The translations under genes were made by a program, and so were the position numbers. From a virus, in IMG/VR virus record IMGVR_UViG_3300008267_000007, positions 32,001 to 96,000 of that record: 64,000 nt of DNA; one strand, written 5' to 3'. The notes beneath the pieces were generated by a model. That model made no database searches and had not been told where the DNA came from. It saw only the letters and a program-made list of their open reading frames with translations. Below, piece by piece: positions 26,054 through 37,746 of the stretch (positions within the stretch are counted from its first letter, which is position 1; every line of letters begins with the position of its first letter).

Positions 26054-26485
26054 ATGTCACTATATAAACCCGAATTCCCTTATTTGGGAGACCATATAAT
26101 AATCAATTCAGGTAGAGTTACTCTTAATTCTAAGGATGATTCTATATTTCTATTTGCTAAAGAGGCAATTGGTTTTTCTTCTGCAGGAGTAATTAACTTT
26201 GATTGTGATGATACTTTAACTATTAATGCTCCACTAATTCACTTAGGATTAGAAAGTGATGTTGATAAGTTACAATCTGCAATAAAAGGAGATAATTTAG
26301 TGTACTTACTAGATAGATTATTATCTTCTTTACAGGATTTAGGAACAGGATTAAGTTATGCTATTGATAGCAATGGGATAGAAATCCCATCAGTATCTGT
26401 ACCAGGAGAAAATATACAAAGTGATGCAACTAATTTACTAACCTTATTAGAGGGAATTAAATCTGATAAAACCTTTTTAATATAA
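26054..26485 (+). CDS. Putative baseplate spike protein (beta-helix-like)
   Basis: IIINSGRVTLNSK...INAPLIHLG...AIKGD. Confidence 0.5.
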   Translation: MSLYKPEFPYLGDHIIINSGRVTLNSKDDSIFLFAKEAIGFSSAGVINFDCDDTLTINAPLIHLGLESDVDKLQSAIKGDNLVYLLDRLLSSLQDLGTGLSYAIDSNGIEIPSVSVPGENIQSDATNLLTLLEGIKSDKTFLI

Positions 26486-27975
26486 TGGCCGTACCTAAAG
26501 GATTATCTAGAATACTAAATGATGTGGCACCTAAAAGAATTAATAAGGTATCACAACAAATTATAAAAATTTTATTTAAAATTAATAGTGTTTTAAGTGA
26601 AATTAATTCTATTGACTTTTGTAATCCCTTAGGATACATTTTAACTAAAGCTTTACCTCCTGGAGGATTTTTAGAAGGTAAACTTTTAAAATATGGTAAA
26701 GATGCTTTAGATTTTGTAAACAATTTAGGAGATAAATTAAATCCTCTAAGATTAGAAAGCGAAACTATTACATCAGATGATACTCCTGAGAAAATAGCAG
26801 CTAAAGATGCAGCTTATAAAACCCGAATTCAATCCTACCAAGCATCTATTGAGGAAATAAGATTATCTCTAGAAGACATCATCCCTCCAGATGATTTAAT
26901 TGAAATTATCCCTGGTGGGGAGGGTTTAGCAAAAACTATCCAATCTATAAATTTAGCTTTAGTAGCTACTAGTGATGCTATAGATCCTACTACTGATATT
27001 GTGAATAAGATCACTATATTAAAATCATTTGCTAGAAAATTAAGTCCTTTTTTATCCCCAATTAACATAGCTACTTTAGCTTTAGGGGGGCAAGAAGCTG
27101 AAATTAATAAGAAGTTAGCTGGTATTATTCAACCTGAAAGGTTTAGAGAAAGTGTCGGTTTTTTAGTTAATCAAGTTAAAGCCATTGATAAAGCTATCGT
27201 ACAAATACAAGCTACAGTAAAACTTATTAATACAATTTTAAAAGTCATCAATGTATTAATTAAAATTTATAAATTTGTAGTTAAAATATTAACTAAACTC
27301 CAAACCCCACTAGCTGTAGGAGGTGGGGGATCTCCAGTTATATCACAAACTAATGCTGTAGTCAATACCCAATCTGACAGAATTTCTAAAACTAATCAAA
27401 TTACTGACGATTTACAAAAAATAATTAGTCAAATAACTACATTTTTAAGTGGTACTATTCTACTGAATATGAGAAGGATAAGAAGGGAAATATTAAGGCT
27501 ATTAAAGGGTCTTGATATTCTATATAAAAATCTCCAAGAGTGTGGGTATACTAACAATGATGATGCCCTTTTAAAAGCAGTACAAGGTAGTATTACTTCA
27601 TTAAAAAATAACTTAATTACTTTAGAAGAATTATTCCCTACATTAGGTAATAGAGCTAATTTACCTTCTTTATATAATGGGTACACAATTGATATTATAA
27701 AAGAGGAAGTAGCAGATGAAGGAATTACTTTATTAAGAAGGAGAGTAGTAGTAGCAGATCAAAGAGGAGTTATCCAATATGAAGGTACACCTACTTATGC
27801 TCCAGATGATCAAGTACTATTAAAAGAGGGGCAATATTATGTAAATAAGCAAGATCAAATTAGTACTAGTGATGAAGGTAATGATTCACCTACAGATCAA
27901 GAAGTAATAGATATAGTATCATTAACAGGATTGGATCCTAATAATACTATTGTGGGTTCTGTAACACCTGATTAA
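26485..27975 (+). CDS. Long helical virion-associated protein
   Basis: 496 aa, amphipathic helices, within the baseplate cluster. Confidence 0.6.
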   Translation: MAVPKGLSRILNDVAPKRINKVSQQIIKILFKINSVLSEINSIDFCNPLGYILTKALPPGGFLEGKLLKYGKDALDFVNNLGDKLNPLRLESETITSDDTPEKIAAKDAAYKTRIQSYQASIEEIRLSLEDIIPPDDLIEIIPGGEGLAKTIQSINLALVATSDAIDPTTDIVNKITILKSFARKLSPFLSPINIATLALGGQEAEINKKLAGIIQPERFRESVGFLVNQVKAIDKAIVQIQATVKLINTILKVINVLIKIYKFVVKILTKLQTPLAVGGGGSPVISQTNAVVNTQSDRISKTNQITDDLQKIISQITTFLSGTILLNMRRIRREILRLLKGLDILYKNLQECGYTNNDDALLKAVQGSITSLKNNLITLEELFPTLGNRANLPSLYNGYTIDIIKEEVADEGITLLRRRVVVADQRGVIQYEGTPTYAPDDQVLLKEGQYYVNKQDQISTSDEGNDSPTDQEVIDIVSLTGLDPNNTIVGSVTPD

Positions 27976-28005
27976 AATAAGTTTTAATATTAAATATTTA
28001 TAAAC

Positions 28006-28491
28006 ATGAATTTAGACGCTTTTAGAAAAGTAATTAGAGAAGAAGTAAAAAAGGCTATTCAAGAAGAAATGAGAGAAGTTCTACTTGAAGCAGTTAAATC
28101 TGCTAGTAACCCTAAACCTTTAACCCAACAATATGCTCGTACTGAAGAGCCAACAAAACCCAAATTCTCAGAAGTAATTGCTGAACAACGATACACAGCA
28201 CCAAAACCTCTACCTTCAACCGGTAATCCCATGTTAGACATCTTAAATGAAACTGCTCAAGCAGGTGAATGGAGAACTTTAAATGGTGGTGACTATAATG
28301 CTTCAGATGCTGTAAGTTGGGCTGGAGGTATGCCAGGTATGGCAGGCGGATCAAATACTCCTGTAGTAGCATCAGTAGATGAAATGATTAAATCTCAAGG
28401 TCCAGTACGTGATATAAATGATGTACATATAGATGTTGTACCTGATTTTACTAAATTAATGGGTGCTTTAAAAGAAAAAGGTAGTTTATAA
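28006..28491 (+). CDS. Hypothetical protein with helical (I/L)xE leader
   Basis: MNLDAFRKVIREEVKKAIQE. Confidence 0.7.
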   Translation: MNLDAFRKVIREEVKKAIQEEMREVLLEAVKSASNPKPLTQQYARTEEPTKPKFSEVIAEQRYTAPKPLPSTGNPMLDILNETAQAGEWRTLNGGDYNASDAVSWAGGMPGMAGGSNTPVVASVDEMIKSQGPVRDINDVHIDVVPDFTKLMGALKEKGSL

Positions 28492-28904
28492 TGGCTTATA
28501 ATATAGTAAATATTAATCCTTTAGATCTATCTCCTAGTAAGGGGGTAGGAATCCAAGTACCTTTTAATGGTCCTACTGGATTAAATATTACTTATACTAC
28601 AAAAGAAGCTACTAAATCTAATATATTCAATTTTTTCCTTACAGGGAGAAGAGAGAGAGTAATGAACCCTACATTTGGTTCTGGTATTAGAGAACAATTA
28701 TTTGAACAGATTACTCAAGGTACTGTTCAAAATATAGAAGATATAATAAAATTTGGATTAAATGATTATTTTCCCCAAATAACAGTAAATAATTTGACAG
28801 TTAAAACGTCACCTGATCAAAATATAATTCAAGTTTATTTTAGTTATTCTATAAATAATACTAACATACAAGACGAAATTTTAATAAATTTCAATAATGG
28901 CTAA
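28491..28904 (+). CDS. Baseplate wedge subunit, GPW/gp25 family
   Basis: LTGRRERVMNPTFGSGI. Confidence 0.88.
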   Translation: MAYNIVNINPLDLSPSKGVGIQVPFNGPTGLNITYTTKEATKSNIFNFFLTGRRERVMNPTFGSGIREQLFEQITQGTVQNIEDIIKFGLNDYFPQITVNNLTVKTSPDQNIIQVYFSYSINNTNIQDEILINFNNG

Positions 28905-30777
28905 TACAAAGACAGTACAATACTTAAATCGCGATTTTGATAGTTTAAAAGCACAGTTAGTTAACTTTGCTAAAATATATTATCCCAACACTTATAATGA
29001 TTTTACTGAGGCATCACCTGGTATGATGCTTATAGAAATGGCTTCATATGTGGGAGATGTTATGTCTTTCTATATTGATAATCAAATTCAAGAAAATTTT
29101 CTACAATTTGCTAAACAAAGAAAAAACTTATTAGCCTTAGCATATAATTTTGGATATCGCCCTAAAGTAACAAGTGCTGCTTCAACTGTAGTTAGTGTTT
29201 ATCAAGTAGTACCATCTACTATGGTATCTGGTAGAGTTGAACCTGACTTTAATTATACTCTAATTTTAGAAGAAGGAACACAACTTCAATCAAGTCTAGA
29301 CTCATCTATATCATTTTACATAGATGAAAGAGTTGATTTTTCAACTGCAGAAACTTCCTCAGATACTGAAATTTCGGTATATTCTACTGATATAGATGGT
29401 AGACCTAATCTTTATTTACTTAAGAAACAGGTAAAAGCTACATCAGGAACCCTAACTTCGACAACATTTACATTTGGTAACCCTGAGCGTTATCCTACCG
29501 TGACTCTTAATGATAGTAACATACTAAACATATTAAGTGTAACCGATTCTGATAATAATTTGTGGTATGAAGTACCATATTTAGCACAAGATACAATATT
29601 TGAATCTACAGCTAATATTGCTTCAAATGATCCTAATTTATCCCAATACAACGACACAACACCTTATTTACTTAAATTAAAAAAAGTACCTAGAAGATTT
29701 GTATCTCGTTTTAAATCTAACAATTCCTTAGAACTTCAATTTGGGCCTGGTATATCAACCGGGGCAGATGAAGAAATTATTCCTAATTCTGATAATATAG
29801 GTTTAGGTTTACCTTATGGGGTTAACAAAATGAATACTGCTTGGGATCCTTCAAACTTTTTATATACTCAAACTTATGGAATTTCTCCTTCGAATACTAC
29901 TTTAACAGTAAATTATTTAAAGGGAGGAGGGGCAGTATCAAATACTCCTTCTAATACACTAACTAACAAAATTGGTGGTACAGTATCTTTTTCTAGTAGT
30001 AATAGAGATGGTGGGTTATCAACAACAGTTCTAAATTCACTTGCTTTCACAAATGAAAATGCAGCTGTGGGTGGGGGAGATGGAGATACAAATGAAGATA
30101 TTCGTTTAAATACTTTAGCTACTTACCCAACTCAATTAAGAGCTATAACTAAAGATGACTATATAATTAGAACCCTATCTTTACCTTCTAAGTTTGGTTT
30201 AGTTTCTAAGGCTTATGTTAATCAAGATTCAAGTATAGATGTTAATTTTAGAACAGGTTTACTTGCTACTCAAAACCCAAATGCTATATCATTATATATC
30301 CTATCTAAAGATAGTAATGGAAACCTAGCAGCACCTAGTCCTGCTCTTAAAGAAAATGTAAAAACTTACTTATCCGAATTTCGAATGATAACGGATGCAG
30401 TAAACATCAAAGAGGCTTTTATTATTAATATAGGAGTAAATTTTGATATAATAGTTAGACCTAACTATAATAATAAATTAGTATTAAATAATTGCTTAAC
30501 TACACTACAATCATTCTTTAATATTGATAAATGGCAAATCAATCAACCAATCATATTCTCAGATATTTATAGTTTACTAGATCAAGTAGAGGGGGTACAA
30601 ACTGTACAAAAAGTAGATATTATTAATAAAGCTGGAACTACCTCAGGATACTCACAATTTTCTTACGATATTAAAGGAGCTACTATTAATAATATTTTAT
30701 ATCCTTCTTTAGATCCTAGTGTTTTTGAAGTTAAAAATTTAACAACTGATCTTCAAGGTAGGGTAGTAACTTTATAA
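28897..30777 (+). CDS. Baseplate wedge protein, T4 gp6/J-like
   Basis: DFDSLKAQL..YYPNTYNDF..SPGMMLIE..SYVGD; QLRAITKDDY. Confidence 0.88.
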   Translation: MANTKTVQYLNRDFDSLKAQLVNFAKIYYPNTYNDFTEASPGMMLIEMASYVGDVMSFYIDNQIQENFLQFAKQRKNLLALAYNFGYRPKVTSAASTVVSVYQVVPSTMVSGRVEPDFNYTLILEEGTQLQSSLDSSISFYIDERVDFSTAETSSDTEISVYSTDIDGRPNLYLLKKQVKATSGTLTSTTFTFGNPERYPTVTLNDSNILNILSVTDSDNNLWYEVPYLAQDTIFESTANIASNDPNLSQYNDTTPYLLKLKKVPRRFVSRFKSNNSLELQFGPGISTGADEEIIPNSDNIGLGLPYGVNKMNTAWDPSNFLYTQTYGISPSNTTLTVNYLKGGGAVSNTPSNTLTNKIGGTVSFSSSNRDGGLSTTVLNSLAFTNENAAVGGGDGDTNEDIRLNTLATYPTQLRAITKDDYIIRTLSLPSKFGLVSKAYVNQDSSIDVNFRTGLLATQNPNAISLYILSKDSNGNLAAPSPALKENVKTYLSEFRMITDAVNIKEAFIINIGVNFDIIVRPNYNNKLVLNNCLTTLQSFFNIDKWQINQPIIFSDIYSLLDQVEGVQTVQKVDIINKAGTTSGYSQFSYDIKGATINNILYPSLDPSVFEVKNLTTDLQGRVVTL

Positions 30778-30817
30778 AAGATATTTCTAATGTATATTTA
30801 TGTTATATATTAGATTT

Positions 30818-31819
30818 ATGGCCATTTATAAAATATTTTCTGAAAAAGATACTTTTATTTCTAAATATCGTAGTACTCAAAATTTTGGTAGAGACGAAAT
30901 TTTAGAAATTTCAAACGAAACTGATATTACATCCTTAAATGCTGATGTAACTCGTACTTTAATTAAGTTTTCTCCTTCCCAAATAAGCAATGTTTTAACT
31001 AATATAGTAAGTGGGAGTTTCACATCTAATTTAAAATTATTTTTGGCTAACGCCACTTTACCTGTAGATTATACTATATATGCTTACCCAATCTCACAGA
31101 GTTGGGATATGGGATTAGGTAAATCTGCTGATAAACCCATTACTACCGTTGGAGTTACATGGGATACTGCGCCATTATATATCACTTCATCCGGAGCATC
31201 CCAATCTTTTTCATACCCTGATAATAAAGATATTAATCTTAATTTAACTACCATTGTCAGTCAATGGAATTCAGGTTCACTTAGCAATCATGGAGTATTA
31301 TTAAAACTTTCTTCTAGTATAGAAGATAGTAATACACCTCTAATTACTAGTTTCTTCTCAATGGACACTCATACTATTTACCCACCTCAATTAGAATTTA
31401 GATGGGATGATAGTTCATATAGCTCTTCACTAACTCAGGTGACAACAACTGATTTTACTTCTGTAATTTCTAACAACAAACCTGAGTTTGAAGAGAATAC
31501 AACTTATAATTTTAGAATTAAATCCCGAGATAGATTTCCTGCTAGGGCATTTCAAACTTCTTCTGTATACTTAAATGTAAAAGCTTTACCTTCATCTTCA
31601 TATTGGGCATTAAAAGATGTTAAAACTGAAGAAATGGTAATTGATTTTGATACTAATTACACTAAAATAAGTTGTGATAATGTTAGTAATTACTTTAGAA
31701 TATATATGGGTGGTTTAGAGCCTGAAAGATATTATCAAATTTTAATAAAAACTATACTCCCAGATGGTGAAGTTATAGTTATAGATAATGAATCAAATTA
31801 TTTTAAAATAGTTAGATAA
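30818..31819 (+). CDS. Virion structural protein (DNRLRE-like beta-sandwich)
   Basis: KDTFI..NFG..LEI..RTLIKF..NHGVLLK..PQLE; start probably MAIYKIF. Confidence 0.6.
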   Translation: MAIYKIFSEKDTFISKYRSTQNFGRDEILEISNETDITSLNADVTRTLIKFSPSQISNVLTNIVSGSFTSNLKLFLANATLPVDYTIYAYPISQSWDMGLGKSADKPITTVGVTWDTAPLYITSSGASQSFSYPDNKDINLNLTTIVSQWNSGSLSNHGVLLKLSSSIEDSNTPLITSFFSMDTHTIYPPQLEFRWDDSSYSSSLTQVTTTDFTSVISNNKPEFEENTTYNFRIKSRDRFPARAFQTSSVYLNVKALPSSSYWALKDVKTEEMVIDFDTNYTKISCDNVSNYFRIYMGGLEPERYYQILIKTILPDGEVIVIDNESNYFKIVR

Positions 31820-32160
31820 TGGCTGAGATAGTTCAATTAAATAAAACAGTTTATGGTAAAATCACATATCCAAATGTGATTGATACTCAATTTACTCAAT
31901 TATTAAAACCCCAAACTGAAGTTACTTCATCTGCGATGACAATAAATCAATTTTTTCAGGGGTATAATGATTTATTTTATGAAATCCCTACTGAAGGAGA
32001 TTTCCATTCACATTTAGAATTAATAAAACGAAGTACAGAATATGTTGGAGTTAACCAAAATTCAGGAGAAATAGATGCTTTATTGGATGAAATAAACCAA
32101 TTAAGACTCGAAAATTTAACCCAACAACAAACTATAGATGATTTAACAGCATCAAAATAA
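31819..32160 (+). CDS. Structural-module protein
   Basis: TAATG coupling on both sides. Confidence 0.7.
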   Translation: MAEIVQLNKTVYGKITYPNVIDTQFTQLLKPQTEVTSSAMTINQFFQGYNDLFYEIPTEGDFHSHLELIKRSTEYVGVNQNSGEIDALLDEINQLRLENLTQQQTIDDLTASK

Positions 32161-35100
32161 TGGAAGTAACAAACATATCAGTATTAAATCCTACTCAATT
32201 TATTAATCAAGATTATAATTTACAAGATGAGTCTTTATTAAACTCATTAAATGTAAATAAAGAATTTGGTTTACCTGAAGATAAAGTAGAAGTTCATGTT
32301 ATATCACCTAATGGAGATTTAATAGATTCAGTTTATGATTTTAGGAATTATACTACACGACAAACCTATGAAGATACTTCTTTATACAATCAAATTGAAC
32401 TAGACCCTAAATCTGATTTAGAATCATTTAGTTTAAACCAGGGTCAATATGATATAATTTACAACTTTTATAGACAGTTATTTTTAAGTTCTGAGGCAAA
32501 TAAATTCTACATAACAGAAATATCATCTGATAGAACTGAGATAAAAATATCTACCAATAATACTTCATATAATGATCTAGGTCAGTCATATTTAAAATTT
32601 GTAACTGAAAGAAACTCAAGAGCATTCTACTCAGATTTTATTTTAAATTTTGGTAATAATAAAACTTACATTGGGGTTAATGTTGCATTAGATAATGTTA
32701 ATACTACACTACCTAGTTTATATATTAAACTTTATGAGCCATTACCTTCTAATTTTAAGTTAAAAGATACTTTTTGGATTGTAGAAAGCATTTCTGAGCC
32801 TTTTTCATTTCAAGTAAATACTGAATTTATAGCTGAAGCAATATCTGATACAACTCCTTTAAGAGGTCCAAATGTTAGTATTGAATTAGCTGAAAAAAAT
32901 AACTTAACTACACCTTATTTAAATTTATCTACACTTCTAGATCCTTCTACTTCATCTACATACCAACAATTACAATCTTGGATAGAAGAAAAAAGTATAG
33001 AGATAACAGTTGATTATAACGAATTTAGTAATTTTGTACACTTTTCATCTGCTCAAGAAAGATTAGAAAATTTTAAGTATAAATTAACCCAAATCCAATC
33101 ATTACAATCTGATATTGATTCATTAAATAATCTAAATGCTTTAACAAGTCAAGGTTATATAACTGTTAGTAAAGATAGTTTACAATCTCGTATTGATACC
33201 CTTATTGCTAAGTTTGACGGGTATGAGTATTTTTTATACTTTGAATCGGGTTCAAATTGTTGGCCTAAATCTAATTCAACCAAACCTTATACTAATTATA
33301 ATGTAACTTCACCATCATCTTCAAATTGGTTTGAGGCACAATCCAATACAGCTTACAATTACGATGTTGAAAATAGAGACTACATATGGAATAGTCTACC
33401 AGAATATATTAGAGAAGACACGCAAAATTCCAACTTAGAATTATTTGTTGCCATGCTTGGCCAACACTATGATTATATTTGGACTTACGTTAGAGATATC
33501 ACGGATTTACAAGTAGCTGATAATAGAGTTGATTTTGGAATCTCAAAAGATTTAGTTGCTGATACCTTAAGAAACTTTGGTATAAAACTATATACAAATT
33601 CAAGGGGACAAGAAGATTTATATCTTTCATTATTAGGTATAGATAAAAATTATGGTACTTTACCTTCAACCGGTTCTTATGTAATTGAAAATTATGTAAC
33701 AGCTTCCCAATATACTATACCAGATAATGATATTGTAAAAGAAACCTATAAGAGAATTTATCATAACTTGCCTTATTTACTTAAAACTAAGGGTACTAGA
33801 AGGGGATTAAGAGCTTTAATCAACTGTTTTGGTATTCCTGAGACTATTTTAAAAGTAAAAGAATATGGTGGTAATAAAAAAGATCAAAACATAATTGAAC
33901 AGTTCAATGAAAAGTTTAATTATAGTTTAAATTTAAATAGTACTGCTAGTTTAGCTATACCTTTTGAACCTTCTTATAAACAATATCTAAATAGTGGAAG
34001 TATCATATACCCTGATACTATAGAATATAGATTTAAACTAGATGGAACTCTTCCAACTCAATCCTTATTAGAAAATAGTACAAATAACCTAAATATAAAA
34101 GTTACACACACTTCAGGATCATATTCTAATATAGATTTTAGGATTTCTGGTAGTTTAGGTTGGGTATCTTCTACTCCTATTAATTTACCTTTAAATAATA
34201 ATGATTGGTGGACTTTAAACCTGACAAGAGAAACAGGAAGTACTGATATTTTTGATCTTAACCCCAATACCTATACTTTAACTATTGGTAATAAAAATAC
34301 TAGTGGAATACAGTTTTTAGCTTCTAGCTCACTTACTCCTCCTACTACTATGCTTAATACTTATAACGCTGCTTTTAATAATATAAGTACGTTATATCCT
34401 GGAGGAAATAATATTAATTATCCATTTTCTGGTTCTATTCAAGAATTTAGATATTGGGTTGGTTCTATTTCATCATCTAATTTTACTGACCATATTTTAA
34501 ACCCACAATCTATTTCTAATAGTGGAGTAACGGGTTCATATGATAAATTAATATTTAGATTACCTTTAGGGAGTGAATTAGATAACACTTTAAATTCAAC
34601 CTTAACATCTGTACATCCATCTTATACTGCTTCTTTTTGGAATGGTTATAGTAATTCATCTACAGCATCTTTAAACTCATCATCATCTGCTACTTATGTA
34701 GCTAATCATGAATTATTTCTAGTTAATACTCCTAATATTGGTACTATTACTGAAATAGATGAAAAAGTAAGAATATCAAACCCCAATCTAGTACCTGGAG
34801 ATGTACTAACACCTTATATCTCTATTCAAAAACCCGAAGTATACCCATACACACCAGATTTATCTATTGTAGAGGTAGCTATTTCTCCTCAGGATTCAAT
34901 TAATGAGGATATAATTTCACAATTAGGTTCATTTAATATTGATGAATATATTGGTGATCCTAGGTTAGATTCTTATAACACTTATCCTGCTTTAAATGAA
35001 TTAAGAGATTTTTATTTTAAAAAGTATTCTAACTCTCAAAATTTATTTGATATAATAAAACTTTTATCTTATTTTGATAATTCTTTATTCAAAATGATAA

Positions 35101-37700
35101 AAGATTTTGTGCCTGCTAGAACTAATCTTTCTACTGGTTTAGTTATTAAATCTCACATGTTAGAGAGAAACAAGTTAGCTAGACACGAACCTGTATTAAC
35201 TTTTGTAAATTATAGTGGGTCAATTGAAACAGCTTTCATGTCTGGTTCTAACGGTTTAAACCTGGACTTAAACACAGATAACACTACAACAACTCAATAC
35301 ATATCAGGCAGTATTTCTAAATTAAATACTGATCGAAGAGAATTAATTACTGGAGAATTAGGTGGTACTATAATAACAGCATACACCCAATCCCCAGATA
35401 ATATTGTATATGAATTAAATTACATAGCAGCTTCATCATCACAGGCTTTACATGATAGATTTTATAGATTACCTTTAAATCCTACATTAAACAATATTTC
35501 TCAAGCTAGAACTACTCCAAAATACTTGGATATAGATTATGCTTATAATCCTATTACACCTGTCAATTTCAATTTCTTAACTGCCAGTTTAGAATCAAAT
35601 CTAAGTAATCCTGCATTTCCATTTTTAAATGCAACTGTTCAAGATAGTAATTATACTTTAAAACGACATACTCAACCTAGATATGAGGGAAGTAAATTAA
35701 TAGGAACTAAATACAATACTTATACTACCGGGGATATATCTTATGGTTCTGACCCGGTTATAAATGCTCACCCTATCAAATTTGCTTATTTTAAAGAAAT
35801 AACGTCACAGTCATTAACTCTACCAGGAAGAACTAATATTAATGTTAAGTACTTAATTGATAGTGCTTCTAATGTAATTGAATTAACTGAGGCTAATAAA
35901 AACATATTTGATGTTCAAAATATATTTAACAGAACTAATGCCAATATCGCATTAGATAATGTTAATCAACCTTCAAAACAAAAATCTTTAAATGGTTTAA
36001 AAGGGATTTATGCTGGTGGGTTTAGATATGAACCTATACTCCAAAACTACTCTACAGCTGTTTCAACTCATAATAGTTTAGATTTTACATATCTAAATGA
36101 TATTGAAATCCCTAATCCTGCGACTGGAAGTTTAGTAACTCAAAGTATTGAAAGTAGTATAACAATAGGTCAACCCTATCTAACAACTAATCTAGGTTCC
36201 ACCTCATTAAATACTTTAAGTAATTTCTTAACAGCAACATTAAACTCAGGAATAACCTTTCCTGTAATCAGAAATACAACATATACTGGAAAACTAACCC
36301 AAAGAGTAACAGGTAGTTTAAAGGTAACCTTTAAAGTATCACCACCAGTTGACCAAAAAATTCAATTGTGGGATGAATTTAGTGGTGGTAGTCCTACTAC
36401 TGTTCCGTATTTAACTGATATACCAATAAGTGATTGGGAAGATTTAAGAGATTTATCTTATACTAAAGATGGGCAACCCATAGTCCCTAATCCTACTCTT
36501 TATGATAATCTTAGATATGCGTTAGTTCCTATAGGACATACTTTATATCATGATAACTATAGTAATGGAAATGTTACTGGAACCCTAGTGGGTAATGGAG
36601 TTAAAACCCAAATAACTAATTGGGCTATTAATAATGGTATAGATAAGATAAAAGTACTAACTAATGATACAAGTGCTTCATTTACTACTTCAGGAATAAG
36701 TAATAATTTAATATCATCTAATAACTTATCAAATTTAATTTCACTTTCACCAAATATTGGGACATATGGGGTACCCGGAATTGATGGTTTAGTAATTGAA
36801 GCTACTTACCCTTTTGAGGGTGAAATAGTATTAGATGCTGGTGTGGGGAATTCAACAACTGCTACTCCAATCCAGCTAAAAAATCTAAATGGTATTATAG
36901 GTAAACTAACAACATCATTTGTATTCACTAGAGTATCAACTAGCCCTCAATTGCAGTTCACAACAGCACCATCATATGATGTAAATCCTTTATACATAGG
37001 AAGACCTTATTATATGACAGAAGCCCCATCTAAAATATACCTTACAGGTACATCAGATAGAGGATTCAATTCCGGCTCATCTAATAATAATTGGTATTTT
37101 GAAAGAGGAAATAAAGTAGAAAGTGGTAGTGTATTTACTTTAATGACAGCATCTGCTGATTTATCCAGATTATACTATGATCATTATGTTCCTGGAAATT
37201 CATATTATGGGAATCCCATAATACAAACCCTTCCTACAGAAAGTATAAATGCTGGTTATCAACAAATTACTGAATATTTTAATCCTAAAAAAGGTGATTT
37301 AATAAGATTTTATAATCATGATAGTGGCAGATTCCCATTTTCATCAATATTTGAAAGAGAAATAATTAATATATATCCCCCACAAGGTCAAATAATTGGA
37401 ACTGGATCTAATGGTACAGGATCATATGAAAATAGATTAGTATTTGAAGTATCTGGAGATTTGGGTAACACTGAAGACAATATCCCTAATCAAGCATGTA
37501 CCACATCAGGATCATATGCTCATATCATGAATTTTATCATGCTTTCTAAAGTACCAGATGAAACTAATATAGTAATATCATCTGATAAGAGAGATGGACA
37601 AACTTCTGCGGGTATAGTACTTCCTGAAAGTATATCTATAACTCTCAAAAACGAAGCTGGTAATATAGTTAAAGATTTAAAATCTAAAAACTTAATTTAA
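32160..37700 (+). CDS. Very large baseplate/tail protein (gp7-like segment, LamG-like domain)
   Basis: 1846 aa; LLKTKGTRRGLRALINCFG; FSGSIQEFRYW. Confidence 0.75.
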   Translation: MEVTNISVLNPTQFINQDYNLQDESLLNSLNVNKEFGLPEDKVEVHVISPNGDLIDSVYDFRNYTTRQTYEDTSLYNQIELDPKSDLESFSLNQGQYDIIYNFYRQLFLSSEANKFYITEISSDRTEIKISTNNTSYNDLGQSYLKFVTERNSRAFYSDFILNFGNNKTYIGVNVALDNVNTTLPSLYIKLYEPLPSNFKLKDTFWIVESISEPFSFQVNTEFIAEAISDTTPLRGPNVSIELAEKNNLTTPYLNLSTLLDPSTSSTYQQLQSWIEEKSIEITVDYNEFSNFVHFSSAQERLENFKYKLTQIQSLQSDIDSLNNLNALTSQGYITVSKDSLQSRIDTLIAKFDGYEYFLYFESGSNCWPKSNSTKPYTNYNVTSPSSSNWFEAQSNTAYNYDVENRDYIWNSLPEYIREDTQNSNLELFVAMLGQHYDYIWTYVRDITDLQVADNRVDFGISKDLVADTLRNFGIKLYTNSRGQEDLYLSLLGIDKNYGTLPSTGSYVIENYVTASQYTIPDNDIVKETYKRIYHNLPYLLKTKGTRRGLRALINCFGIPETILKVKEYGGNKKDQNIIEQFNEKFNYSLNLNSTASLAIPFEPSYKQYLNSGSIIYPDTIEYRFKLDGTLPTQSLLENSTNNLNIKVTHTSGSYSNIDFRISGSLGWVSSTPINLPLNNNDWWTLNLTRETGSTDIFDLNPNTYTLTIGNKNTSGIQFLASSSLTPPTTMLNTYNAAFNNISTLYPGGNNINYPFSGSIQEFRYWVGSISSSNFTDHILNPQSISNSGVTGSYDKLIFRLPLGSELDNTLNSTLTSVHPSYTASFWNGYSNSSTASLNSSSSATYVANHELFLVNTPNIGTITEIDEKVRISNPNLVPGDVLTPYISIQKPEVYPYTPDLSIVEVAISPQDSINEDIISQLGSFNIDEYIGDPRLDSYNTYPALNELRDFYFKKYSNSQNLFDIIKLLSYFDNSLFKMIKDFVPARTNLSTGLVIKSHMLERNKLARHEPVLTFVNYSGSIETAFMSGSNGLNLDLNTDNTTTTQYISGSISKLNTDRRELITGELGGTIITAYTQSPDNIVYELNYIAASSSQALHDRFYRLPLNPTLNNISQARTTPKYLDIDYAYNPITPVNFNFLTASLESNLSNPAFPFLNATVQDSNYTLKRHTQPRYEGSKLIGTKYNTYTTGDISYGSDPVINAHPIKFAYFKEITSQSLTLPGRTNINVKYLIDSASNVIELTEANKNIFDVQNIFNRTNANIALDNVNQPSKQKSLNGLKGIYAGGFRYEPILQNYSTAVSTHNSLDFTYLNDIEIPNPATGSLVTQSIESSITIGQPYLTTNLGSTSLNTLSNFLTATLNSGITFPVIRNTTYTGKLTQRVTGSLKVTFKVSPPVDQKIQLWDEFSGGSPTTVPYLTDIPISDWEDLRDLSYTKDGQPIVPNPTLYDNLRYALVPIGHTLYHDNYSNGNVTGTLVGNGVKTQITNWAINNGIDKIKVLTNDTSASFTTSGISNNLISSNNLSNLISLSPNIGTYGVPGIDGLVIEATYPFEGEIVLDAGVGNSTTATPIQLKNLNGIIGKLTTSFVFTRVSTSPQLQFTTAPSYDVNPLYIGRPYYMTEAPSKIYLTGTSDRGFNSGSSNNNWYFERGNKVESGSVFTLMTASADLSRLYYDHYVPGNSYYGNPIIQTLPTESINAGYQQITEYFNPKKGDLIRFYNHDSGRFPFSSIFEREIINIYPPQGQIIGTGSNGTGSYENRLVFEVSGDLGNTEDNIPNQACTTSGSYAHIMNFIMLSKVPDETNIVISSDKRDGQTSAGIVLPESISITLKNEAGNIVKDLKSKNLI

Positions 37701-37746
37701 AAGAATAAAAGACGCACATATTTATAACTGCAATTAATAACAACTT

